This document shows, in pieces, positions 27,401-37,744 of a stretch of 64,000 nucleotides of DNA. Numbering within the stretch: position 1 is the first letter of the stretch; each line of letters begins with the position of its first letter. The notes below the pieces were generated by a model, which was not told the DNA's origin, made no database searches, and was given only the letters and a program-made list of their open reading frames with translations. The position numbers and the translations under genes are program-made. Origin of the DNA: Octopus vulgaris (Eukaryota). The stretch is from positions 32,054,001-32,118,000 of the forward strand of contig OX597814.1 of the NCBI GenBank assembly GCA_951406725.2, read 5' to 3'.

Positions 27401-28345
27401 CTGTGCGTCATTTGCTCGCGGCTATTTAATCACTGATTTGCGTTAAGATATCAAAAGAAATCCATGGGTATTTTTTCATTCAGTATTGTATGAAAATACA
27501 TGAAGTCTCCTACTACTTTTGTTTTTCATCTTTTCCCATCTGCTTTGTATTATATTGCATTTTGTAATGAGGCCTTATTCGTAAGTGCATTGTTCGCCAG
27601 CAGGATTATTCTAATTATCACATTGGTCATACGAATTTTGCATTAGTCATTTGCTTGCATGGTGTTTTCCTCGTTGGAGTATTTTGAGTTCATGCATTGT
27701 TACTGGACGCCAGGATTCCAGTCTTACTTTCTGATTTTTTTTGTTGTTGTTTCTGAGACAAGGCTTGTGTTATAATCGTTTATTATGTCTTTCGATTATT
27801 TCTTGTATCATATCATTTTTTTTATCATGGATGTTTCCTATTGCTTATTTGTTTCTGTAGTAATCATATTTCATATCTTAATATACAACTATAATATCTT
27901 CGATATTACAGTTGTATATTCTAATAACGTTACAATCATACATTGTAAACTTATGGACCAATAATAACCACATTTCGTGCCGAAGAGAAGCATTTTTTGT
28001 TAATTTAAATGTGGTAGTTTAGCCAACTCTAACTGAAAATATTATACAAATAGAAGATGGTTTACGTACAAGTATTCAGCTTCATGAAACAAATTAAGCA
28101 AGAATTACTGTTAATAAAGGTTGATTACTCAATAAATTAGAACATTTAGTAAAAACACGAAATATGCGTAAAACTTAAATACCATAAAGTTTATGAATCT
28201 AATCAACATGCAAATTAATAAATCTACTTGAAATCAGAACCATAAATAAAATAATCACACACAATACTAGAAATAACATTAGAAAGTCAACAAAATATCA
28301 GCAATGCAATAAGATTGATGTAGGCATTAGTTAGTCTCGTAAGAA

Positions 28346-29155
28346 GGCGGTGAGCTGGCAGAATAGTTCGCATGGCGGGCGAAATGCTTAGCGGTATTTC
28401 GTATGCCGTTACGTTCTGAGTTCAAATTCTGCCTAGGTCGACTTTGCCTTTCATCCTTTCGGGGTCGATAAAATTAAGTACCAGTTACGCACTGGACTCG
28501 ATGTAATCGACTTAATCCGTTAGTCTGTCCTTGTTTGTCCCCTCTGTGTTTAGCCCCTTGTGGGTAGTAAAGAAATAGGTATTTCGTATGCCGTTACGTT
28601 CTGAGTTCAAATTCCGCCTAGGTCGACTTTGCCTTTCATCCTTCCGGGGTCGATTAAATAAGTACCAGTTACACACTGGTGTCGATATAATCGACTTTAA
28701 ACCGTTTGTCTGTCCTTATTTGTTCTCTCTGTGTTTAATCCCTTGTGGGTAGTAAAGAAATAGGTATTTCGTCTGCCGTTACGTTCTGAGTTCAAATTCC
28801 GCCGAGGTCGACTTTGCCTTCCACCCTTTCGGGGTCGATAAATTAAGTACCAGTTACATACTGGGGTCGATGTAATCGACTTTTACCCTTTGTCTGTCCT
28901 TGTTTGTCCCCTCTGTGTTTAGCCCCTTGTGGGGAAATGCTTAGTGTGTCGCTTCATTCTTAGTTCGAATTCCGCCGAAGTTGACTTTGCCTTTCATCCT
29001 TTTGGGGTCGATAAATTAATTACAAATGCTGGGGTCGATGTAATCAACTATGCACCTCCCAACAAATTCCAGGCCTTAGTCGTATAATAGAACGAATGAT
29101 TTAGTTCAGTAAGACGGCGGCGTGCTGGCAGAATCGTTAGCACGCCGGGCAAAAT
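28346..29155 (+). mobile_element. Tandem array of SINE family B units (~184-bp period, 4 cores) plus an extra head fragment
   Basis: gtatttcgt(a/c)tgccgttacgttctgagttcaaattc recurs at ~28394, ~28579 and ~28763. A fourth core lies at ~28960 and a lone head at 29117-29155. Confidence 0.9.
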
Positions 29156-29249
29156 GAAACCATTATTTAGTTTAGTAAGAACTGTAGGAAAAACTTTTAA
29201 TATACCCACTCTTGGTTATCATACTCTCTTTTTCACACAGATGTAATTA

Positions 29250-29730
29250 TGCACTCAATGGGAAATGTGCCGCTCATAATAAAGGGGTATACTAGTGTAA
29301 AGTCCCAGTGAAACCTCAATAGATTTGATATATTGATTTGGGATAGAGAAGAGAAACTATGTACATTTGTGTAAATCAGCTACACAGCGGATATTAACAT
29401 AAAGCTGAAGATCAGTGAAACAGAGAACACCTACACTGAACTATTGAGAAATCTGCAGTTACTCTATCCAGATTACAAGTTCAGGTAACATATTGCCCAA
29501 ATACCAATCTTGAGAATTTAGGCTTCAGAAAACCAGAAAGGAGAAAGCTGAATCGAAGGCTACAAATCCATCCCGTTACTGGAACTGTAATAATCTGTGA
29601 AACTTTCCAGAAGTTTATCATTTAAGTATATATGAGAATATATACATACAACAAAACATAGAAATCTACATACACACACACATACATGCATACATACATA
29701 CATACGTACATACATACATACATACATACA

Positions 29731-29764
<34 letters not shown>

Positions 29765-29912
29765 CATACATAAACACATACAAACATGCATACATACATA
29801 CATGCATAACCTGTTGTTGATGTTGAAATTCCAATAAAAGAGTCTTGCATCAAGGTTAGAAACCGGTTCTTTTTCGATTGGTAAGAAATCTTGAAATAAA
29901 ACTGAATAATGA
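29250..29912 (+). mobile_element. R4/Dong-like LINE 3' relic (restriction-like endonuclease) ending in (ACAT)n
   Basis: Reads NRFDILIWDREEKLCTFV*ISYTADINIKLKISETENTYTELL (RPD..E..K..KY-type RLE motif). The 3' end cttgaaataaaactgaataatga abuts (TACA)n. Confidence 0.72.
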
Positions 29913-30285
29913 TATACATACATACATACATACATACATACATACATACATACATACATACATACATACACGCATGAATGCATAGGTAGTATGAGGAAAA
30001 ATATCCTTCAGGTTAGAAAAAAATATGTTTGTGACATATTTTAACTTCTGAAGGCAATTTCACTGCGGTCACTGTAGAGAAGAGATTCTCGCTTGGGGTA
30101 CGCGCCTAGGAGTCCTCTCGGACAAGACACGAAGATATAGTTTTTTACAAATTTTAAACATAACTGAGAAATTTTACCTCACAGGAGCTGCAGAGCATTT
30201 GCCTTTAGAAGTTAAAATATATCACAAGCTTATTTTAGTTAGACTAAAGTTCGTTTATTCCTCCTTACTGCTTAGCAATGATACT

Positions 30286-30670
30286 GGAAGCACTCCGTCG
30301 GTTACGACGATGAGGGTTCCGGTTGATCCGAATCAACGGAACAGCCTGCTCGTGAAATTAACGTGTAAGTGGCTGAGCACGCCACAGACACGTGCACCCT
30401 TAACGTAGTTCTCGGGGATATTCAGCGTGACACAGAGAGTGACAAGGCCGACCCCTTGAAATACAGGTACAACAGAAACAGGAAGTAAGAGTGAGAGAAA
30501 GTTGTGGTGAAAGAGTACAGCAGGGATCACCACCATCCCCTGCTGGAGCCTCGTGGAGCTTTTAGGTGTTTTCGCTCAATAAACACTCACAACGCCCGGT
30601 CTGGGAATCGAAACCGCGATCCTACGACCGTGAGTCCGCTGCCCTAACCACTGGGCCATTGCGCCTCCAC
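30286..30670 (-). mobile_element. tRNA-derived SINE family D (full length)
   Basis: Head ggaggcgcaatggcccagtggttagggcagcggactcacggtcgtaggatcgcggtttcgattccc. Perfect 12-bp TSD agcaatgatact (30274-30285 / 30671-30682). Confidence 0.93.
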
Positions 30671-30799
30671 AGCAATGATACTACTGTATTACTGTATCTA
30701 ATGCGAACAAGCGGTCCGCCCGCTCAACCAGTCACTGTTTTAGAAGGTATTCAATAGACAGTTTTAGAATGTATCAAGTGATTATATCTTCATTGTCTG

Positions 30800-31030
30800 T
30801 TTCTTTATTACCCACAAGGGGCTAAACATAGAGGGGACAAACAAGGACAGGCAAACGGATTAAGTCGATTACACCGACCCCAGTGCGTAACTGGTACTTA
30901 ATTTATCGACCCCGAAAGGATGAAAGGCAAAGTTGACCTCGGCGGAATTTGAACTCAGAACATAACGGCATACGAAATACAGCTACGCATTTTGCCCAGT
31001 GTTCTAACGGTTCTGCCAGCTCGCCGCCTT
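30800..31030 (-). mobile_element. SINE family B (monomer)
   Basis: Reverse complement of head + Meta-like core + ...ttagccccttgtgggtaataaagaaa tail. Confidence 0.9.
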
Positions 31031-31720
31031 TTCTCTCTTCCTTATCTCCCACTGCAGGAGGCTAAAGAGCCAGAAATATGCCTGGGAGTCCGCTAGGGAC
31101 GGGTACTGAGCAGATATAATATTTCTACAGTTTCTCTTTCACTATTTACTAAGTATACTTTTGCTGAATTACTAAATATATACAAGTGATATGTGTGTGT
31201 TTGTGTCGCACCTGTGTGCTTATTGTAAATATTCACTGTTTTAATTTTCTTTTCGGATACGTGTAAATACCTTTCGATCTGTATAATGTTGTCTCCATCA
31301 GACAGTCTTCTACAAATTTTCCGTTCATCAATGGTAACTCTCAAGGCATCGATGAACCCGTGACTATAGGATCCCAACGATCCTTACTTTAGAATCGATT
31401 AATACTATATAAGTACATATATGGATGTGTGGATAAAAAAAATACCGCACAATCATATGGTTTCATTTTCGATACATCTCATTGCAATAAACTTTGTGGT
31501 GCTTCCAGTTTGAGCAAATTTCTTATTTCGTTACTTCCCATTCTTTAATGAGTGGTTCTTTTGATTCCAATATAACACAGACATCATCTCATTTCAAGGA
31601 GCACTGACGTAAGCTTGATTTAAATGTGAAAGAATTAGCCTTCCTTTAGTAGGCCCATTTTAGGTATAGAAACCGGAAAGGAAGAAATAACTTCAGCTAT
31701 TTTAGATGTTACATGTTCTA

Positions 31721-32174
31721 CGAGGTGGTATCAAAAAATCCCTGACTAGTTCTGTAGTGCACCAACAGATGGTAGTACATGAGTGCTGGCAGTGACCTTC
31801 ATGACGCAGTGTACCGAGCGACATCGCTGTGTTTACTTCTCATGTGAAATTTGAGGTTTTGCGTTCAAGTCTATGCTGCAGTCGACGATTTTTGTCATGG
31901 ACAAAGAGCCAACGGAAAATTTTGCCTTAAACTCTCTCCCCCAAGATGAAAATGCTGCTCAAAAGTCGCTGTCTTAACATCTGGAGCAAATTGCAGAAGC
32001 TCCTCGACTCGCTTACAGAAAACGACTTCCAGGCCGGATTTCAAAAGTGGCAGGAACGCATGGACCGGAATATTGCTGCACAAGGTAACTATTTCGAAGG
32101 AGATGATGTTAAAACCTAGGTAAATAAGTTATTTTTAAACATAACAATTCCAGAAACTCTTTGATATCACCTCT
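31721..32174 (+). mobile_element. Internally deleted mariner element
   Basis: TA-flanked imperfect TIRs (cgaggtggtatcaaaaa / rc agaggtgatatcaaaga). C-terminal remnant PKMKMLLKSR...ENDFQAGFQKWQERMDRNIAAQGNYFEGD. Confidence 0.8.
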
Positions 32175-32975
32175 TACCTTAATATCCACATATAAATACA
32201 GAGGGTTTCACAATTCTTCGTTCACTTTCTAACTGTTCATCACGATAATACTCTCTCAAATGCTTCAGTAGTTTCCCAGATACATGTTCAGATTTCTTTA
32301 CTCTAATAATCCTTCTAAGAAAATGGAATCAATCGAACGTTTCAGAATTAATATATATATATATATATATATCATTTGATGGACAACTGCTTGGTTTTTG
32401 ATAGTGTCAGTACTTTTTTAAAAACTCTAAACTTGAAAATATGCTGTAGGTTATTAGGTATATCACCGATCGATCCGACATCTTCAGTGAATTATTTACT
32501 CGAAGAGGATGTTAAAAATTTCAAAATTTAAGTAAGTTAAATTCAGAGCCTTCATAGTAAAATTAGGTACATATATAACATTCAAATTCTAAAATATATT
32601 TTAGGTATTCTTTTAAAAGAGGACTGTATCCGAGGCTTCTCTGTATTATTGCATTTTAGATTGTAGAAAAACATAAGATAAAGTGTAAGGAACATGTCAT
32701 ACTTGCCATGCTACTATTTGAGAATTATACGCTTAGGGAGGATTCGCACAGTCATCTGTATTTGACATTTTGCTCGACTGTGTTCTTTTTTATTAGCTTA
32801 GTGAAGTCGATAAAAACGAAATGGTGTACGAAGTTTAGCTATAAGCCTTTTGTGTCAATATGGTTTTATATGAAATCCTGTCGCCTGCACTGACTCTGTA
32901 ACGTTGTCATCTAATAACTATTAATTTTTATTTAAGGTGATACGAGCAAGAATTTTTCATACAATAGCAAATTTG

Positions 32976-33032
<57 letters not shown>

Positions 33033-33124
33033 TTAGAGACAAAACCACTATTATGCAAATCAAACAAAGAAAGACTTAATCCAGTATATAAAAATTTTAT
33101 ATAAATTAATTATAATTAAGATAT

Positions 33125-33170
33125 CCACTACGATCGTTTCTTGTCACTTCTATGGACATTCATCAGGTGG
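33125..33170 (-). ncRNA. Minimal type-I hammerhead ribozyme motif
   Basis: Minus strand: CCAC-CUGAUGA-aUGUC(cauagaagu)GACAa-GAAA-CGAUCG-UA-GUGG. Stem I CCAC/GUGG, palindromic stem III, GUA cleavage triplet. Confidence 0.8.
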
Positions 33171-33472
33171 TTTCAAGACCTAAAATATAATCAATATTTT
33201 TAAAATATAAATTTGAAATGACTAATATATATAAAATATAAAATTATCAATGAAAATATATATAATCAAGAACTAAAATAACCTCTATAAATGATTGTAT
33301 ATAATGAAACCTAGTATATTTAAATTCTCATATTTAAAGATGAAATAGCTAATTTCAAAAAACAAAAAATAAGAAATATAGATACACACATGCTCATGCA
33401 CATATATCCATGTATGTATATAAACATATCTAAATATATACACAAATTCACACACATTTATTTTACTAAGCC

Positions 33473-33536
<64 letters not shown>

Positions 33537-33540
33537 TATA

Positions 33541-33783
33541 CCGGAGTAAACACATAAATGTGAAACAAGGTGGAAAAAAAGAGTACTCAAATACCAGTGG
33601 TAGAGTAATATGCTTTATTTAAAGCAGCAGAAAATTCAACAAAATCTGTTACTCTGAGTTTCTCGTTGCCGTTCATCAGACAGTTTTTGTTAGAATGGGA
33701 CCGATATATCAATTCAATCCAGAGTCTGGATTGAAACTCAGAGTAACAGATTTTTTTGAATTTTCTGCTGCTTTAAATAAAGT

Positions 33784-33785
<2 letters not shown>
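33541..33785 (-). mobile_element. Penelope-like pLTR relic with ~50-bp inverted duplication, embedded in (TA)n
   Basis: Arms 33613-33662 and 33733-33782 are near-perfect inverted repeats. Contains the hammerhead motif, with (TA)n on both sides. Confidence 0.65.
33646..33683 (-). ncRNA. Minimal type-I hammerhead ribozyme motif
   Basis: Minus strand: CUGU-CUGAUGA-aCG(GCAA)CGa-GAAA-CUCaGAG-UA-ACAG. Stem I CUGU/ACAG, GNRA loop II. Confidence 0.8.
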
Positions 33786-33825
<40 letters not shown>

Positions 33826-33948
33826 CAATTAAGGACAACTTCTTAATAAGGAATCTTAATAAGAAATTATCAGGTAGATAGCGTGAAAAACCTCATAAGA
33901 GAAAAATTTCGAAAATAATTTTTTTTTTCTTATTGAACATATAATGCC

Positions 33949-34010
<62 letters not shown>

Positions 34011-34419
34011 CATATTTACCGTCCAAGCAGGTAGAATTATATTTACTGTCATAAAATATTTTAATTTCGTCAGATGCAACAGAGTTGAGAATTTTCGCTA
34101 GAATGCTATCCATTACTGATATCCTATCAGACCTCATCTCTCTAGAGATCAGCTACTGGGCAATGTGTCCCATGACTGTGTAATTGATCATGTAAGATGC
34201 TGAAGTGAAATTCTCATAGGTCTTGTCTGATAGCCAATCTGAGATGACACCACTTTATTGAAATTTCGTAGACACCCTTCAAATTCCGAACAACATTCGA
34301 AATTGTACTTGCTTGGCGAGTGAATTGAGCTGAGATTGCGATTTCGCAACAAAAACATTGCACAGGGGCTGAAACGTGATAGATACTTAAAATACATAAT
34401 AGACTTTGGATAAATTTCT

Positions 34420-34746
34420 GTGGTACTTTCTACGATGAGTCAAATCAGAAAATGCGCAGATATGAAATTTGCTTGTCCCTTCTCCGTAACCAGAGCGATC
34501 CATTTCTCGACGGTATTGTAACTTGCAATGAAAAGTGGATTCTGTAAAATTTAAAACGTTTTTCACAGTCGTTGGATCAAAATAAAGCACCGAAAACCTT
34601 CCCTAAATCTGTGCTCTTCAAAAAGATGTTTATGGTGATTGTTTGGTGGTGCACTGCTAGACTCATCCACTATAACTACTTAAAACCCAGAAAATCATTA
34701 CCGCAGAAACATATTGCCATGAAATTGCCAAAATGAACGAAATGAA
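34420..34746 (+). pseudogene. Hsmar1-like (cecropia-type) mariner transposase, 5' piece
   Basis: NQKMRRYEICLSLLRNQSDPFLDGIVTCNEKWIL...KAPKTFPK...MVIVWW...LIHY...ITAETYCHEIAKMNE, collinear with Hsmar1. Confidence 0.85.
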
Positions 34747-34783
34747 GGCGTAAGAATGGCTGTGTGGTAAGTAGCTTCTTACC

Positions 34784-36932
34784 GAACGGACGCGTTTTTT
34801 TTTTCGCTCCGGCAAATGTCACGTTTTAACTTGAATCGTTGAACTTTTGACTCGACTACAGGTAGGCGTTTTGTATTTTTGGGAGCTTAGTGAAGTCTAT
34901 TACTTGCATTTAATGTTTTTTAGCATTTAATATTTTTTAGCAGATAATAAACTCCACTTTGCTCCAGGTATAATTTTTCTGCCTGTTGTCGAGTGTAAAG
35001 ACTCACTTTGCAGTCAGAATTGTATTTTTAAAGCGGCGTAGTCCGTCTGCAAAAATTGTTTTTGAAATTGTCTTTGTGTTATCCACGTGAATTACCAAGG
35101 AGTACCAAGGATTATTTTATCAATGTGTTTTACCAACTGTGCATTTGGCCTGGAATACAATTTTTTGGCCGAAAAAAGTGAAAACAAAAAAAAAAGAAAA
35201 AATTTATTCCTTTGTCTGGATTTGAACTCTCTTTCTCCGTCTATCATTTATTTTTTTTAAAAAGAACTTTTTTGAACTGCTATTTCTAATTTTATTTCTT
35301 CCCTTCTGTTGTATTTTTCATTCTCCTTTCTGTGTCTTATTTTATTTTATCACATTTTGAACTGTTTTTAAATCTTACGTTATGGCAAAGAAATTCACTG
35401 TGTGGGATTTGACACCTCCCAAAAAATATTTGAATGAGCTCGAGGAAAAGACCGTGGTGCTGAGGACATATTCGAAGTCGCTCGACACCATAGCAGTCTT
35501 TCCAAAGGCCACTATTGTTAACGAGCTGGCAGACTACATGCCAGCCGTTAAATATATCGCACGGGGAGTTAAATACGCAACGGTTTGGTTGCTATTTAAC
35601 TCCCCTAAAGCAGCTTGCGAATTTTCAAGCCAGCCCATTGAGGGCAAACAAATATTGTTCCTCCCAAATTACAAGGGAGAAAAATTGTTGAGAGCTTGGA
35701 TCTGCGGCTTACCACCAGGCGTTGAGCCCGAGTGGATAGAGGACTCTATCCGCCGGGGCTTGGATGGTAGCAGTTCCAAGCTACTGAACGTAAAAGTACA
35801 GCCTGCGGCTGATTGGGAGGGGTCAAGAGCTGTTTTGACCCTATGGACCCAGTCAGCCAAAAGTCTGGTTTTACCGGACTTTTTGAGGATGGCCGGGTAC
35901 AGGTATCCAGTGATGCTTGAGGGACGCCCCCCCCAAGTGTCACCTGTGCCTGGAGCCTGGATATATCAAGAGGAAGTGTCCCGGTGGCCGTGGTGCTGCC
36001 CCGGAGCATGAAAAGGAAAAGGTGCCCGCTGCCCCCTCATTGGAGGGGGAGACGGTGGAAGTCGTGGAGGAGGTTGCCTCCACGAAAAGAAAAAGACAGG
36101 TGAGCAACAATGGTTGCTCACCAAAGAACGTACAGACGGAGGAGGAGGATAGCGACCCCCCGTGTCTGCCGAAGGAGCCCCCCGGGCTAGCAGCCTCTAA
36201 AAAAAAAAGAGGAAAAAAAAAAGAAAAAGAGGTCGGACGGCTGACGTTTCTGTGTCGCCGACGGAGCCGCGGGTGGGACGTGTGCCACCCGCGGACAGTG
36301 CTCCGTCAGTGGAAAGTGTGCCACTGACGGATCAGTGTGAGGTCCCTTCCTGTGAAGAGGAGTTGTTTCTCCTCCTTTACCACAAGGGAGGGAAGGTGGA
36401 AAAGTTTTTGAATGGCTTGGGTGACCGAGAACGCAAGGACACGGTCAGCTCAAGGAGTCCGTTATGGCCTCCGTGGGTAGCTGCGGAGGTAGTAACGGAA
36501 AACATTTTGTCAAGGGTCACAAAGACCTTTGAGAGGAAACATTTTACTTTTCTCTTTGCAGGCCTCGACTTGTCGTCGCAGAGTTGTCTGCAGGCGGCAA
36601 GACAATTTGCTTCGGGGACCTGACAGGGAGAATTTTTGTTATTTCATATACTGCCCTTGTGGCAAAAGAAATGAAAAAAAGAACTTTGTAAGAGGTTTTA
36701 GTGCCTCCTTCGTGTAAGAGGTTTGCAACCTCATGTCGATTTATTGAAACTAAAGAAAAAAGAAAATTGAACTTATTAAAAAAAGAACAATATCTTAGAG
36801 AAGCGGAAGTCGGCTGGCGCTTTTTGACTTCTCCCATCACCATCTTCATCCACCACCACCATCATCCATTACTGTCTTTGTCCAGCCCGTAGCTACTCTG
36901 TGTACTGCCCTAGTGGCAAAATCGTTGAAATA
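34784..36932 (+). mobile_element. ~2.15-kb non-autonomous ORF1-only (HAL1-like) L1/Tx1-type retroelement
   Basis: 15-16-bp TSD aagtagctt-cttacc (34769-34783) / aagtagcttgtttacc (36933-36948). ~600-bp 5' UTR, single gag-like ORF, ~310-bp 3' UTR ending gccctagtggcaaaatcgttgaaataaa. No RT or endonuclease seen. Confidence 0.8.
35382..36623 (+). CDS. LINE ORF1/gag-like nucleic-acid-binding protein (~413 aa if two homopolymer indels are corrected): putative RRM-like N-terminal region, zinc knuckle, acidic/basic tail
   Basis: ORFs 35382-36011, 35917-36327 and 36252-36623 join via a C8 run (35927-35934) and A10 runs (36199-36222). The first and last ORFs share a frame. EGRPPKCHLCLEPGYIKRKCP = Cx2Cx4(H>Y)x4C knuckle preceded by the typical 'GxP' motif. 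Confidence 0.75.
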
Positions 36933-37325
36933 AAGTAGCTTGTTTACCAGCCACATGGTTCCGGGTTCAGTCCCACTGCGTGGGATCTTTGACAAGTGTC
37001 TTCTACTATAGCCTCGGGCCGATCAAAGCCTTGTGAGTGGATTTGGTAGATAGAAACTGAAAGAAGCCCATCGTATATATGTACAGATATGTATGTATGT
37101 GTATATGTTAGTCTGTCTGTGTTTGTCTCCCCAACATCGCTTGACAACCGATGCTGGTGTGTTTACGTCTCCGTAACTTAGCGGTTCGGTAAATGAGACC
37201 GATAGAATAAGTACTAGGCTTACAAAGAATAAGTCCTAGGGTCGATTTTCTCGACTAAAGGCGGTGCTCTAGCATAGCCACAGTCAAAGGACTGAAACAA
37301 GTAAAAGAGTAAAAAAGAGTAAAAA

Positions 37326-37744
37326 GAAAAACTGTAACTCCTCCGTCCTTGACTGGTCAAAAAAGAGGGCCAATTATTCTTGATGACAATGCTCGACCAA
37401 ACGTTTCACTAATGACGCTCCAGAAGTTGAGGTTACTCAGCTACGAAGTTCTCCTCCACTCACCTTATTCACCAGACCTTTCTCCTACCAACTATCAATT
37501 TTTCAAGTACCTTGATTGTTTTTGCGAGAGGAGTTCAAAAATCAAACCGATGCTGAAACTGTGTTCAAAGAGATCCAGAACTCCAGATTTTTATGTTACC
37601 AGAATAGACAAACATGTCACTCGTTGGCAAAATTGTGTTGATTGTAATGGTACTTATTTGATGAATAAAATTTCAGCATTGCTGAAATATACTGCGATGA
37701 AGTTTACGTTTCAAAACGTTGCTTACTTTTTACTCAAACTCGTA
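37326..37744 (+). pseudogene. Hsmar1-like mariner transposase, 3' piece and right TIR
   Basis: GPIILDDNARP...YEVLLHSPYSPDLSPTNYQFFKYLD...RWQNCVDCNGTY. The end gcttactttttactcaaactcgTA resembles a mariner TIR. Confidence 0.88.

Larger units (their letters stand above)
34747..37325 (+). mobile_element. SINE family A copy (34747-34783 + 36933-37325) split by an ORF1-only insertion
   Basis: Head ggcgtaagaatggctgtgtggtaagtagctt stops at 34783 and resumes at 36933 aagtagcttgtttaccagccacatggttccggg, continuing to a full tail. Confidence 0.9.
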
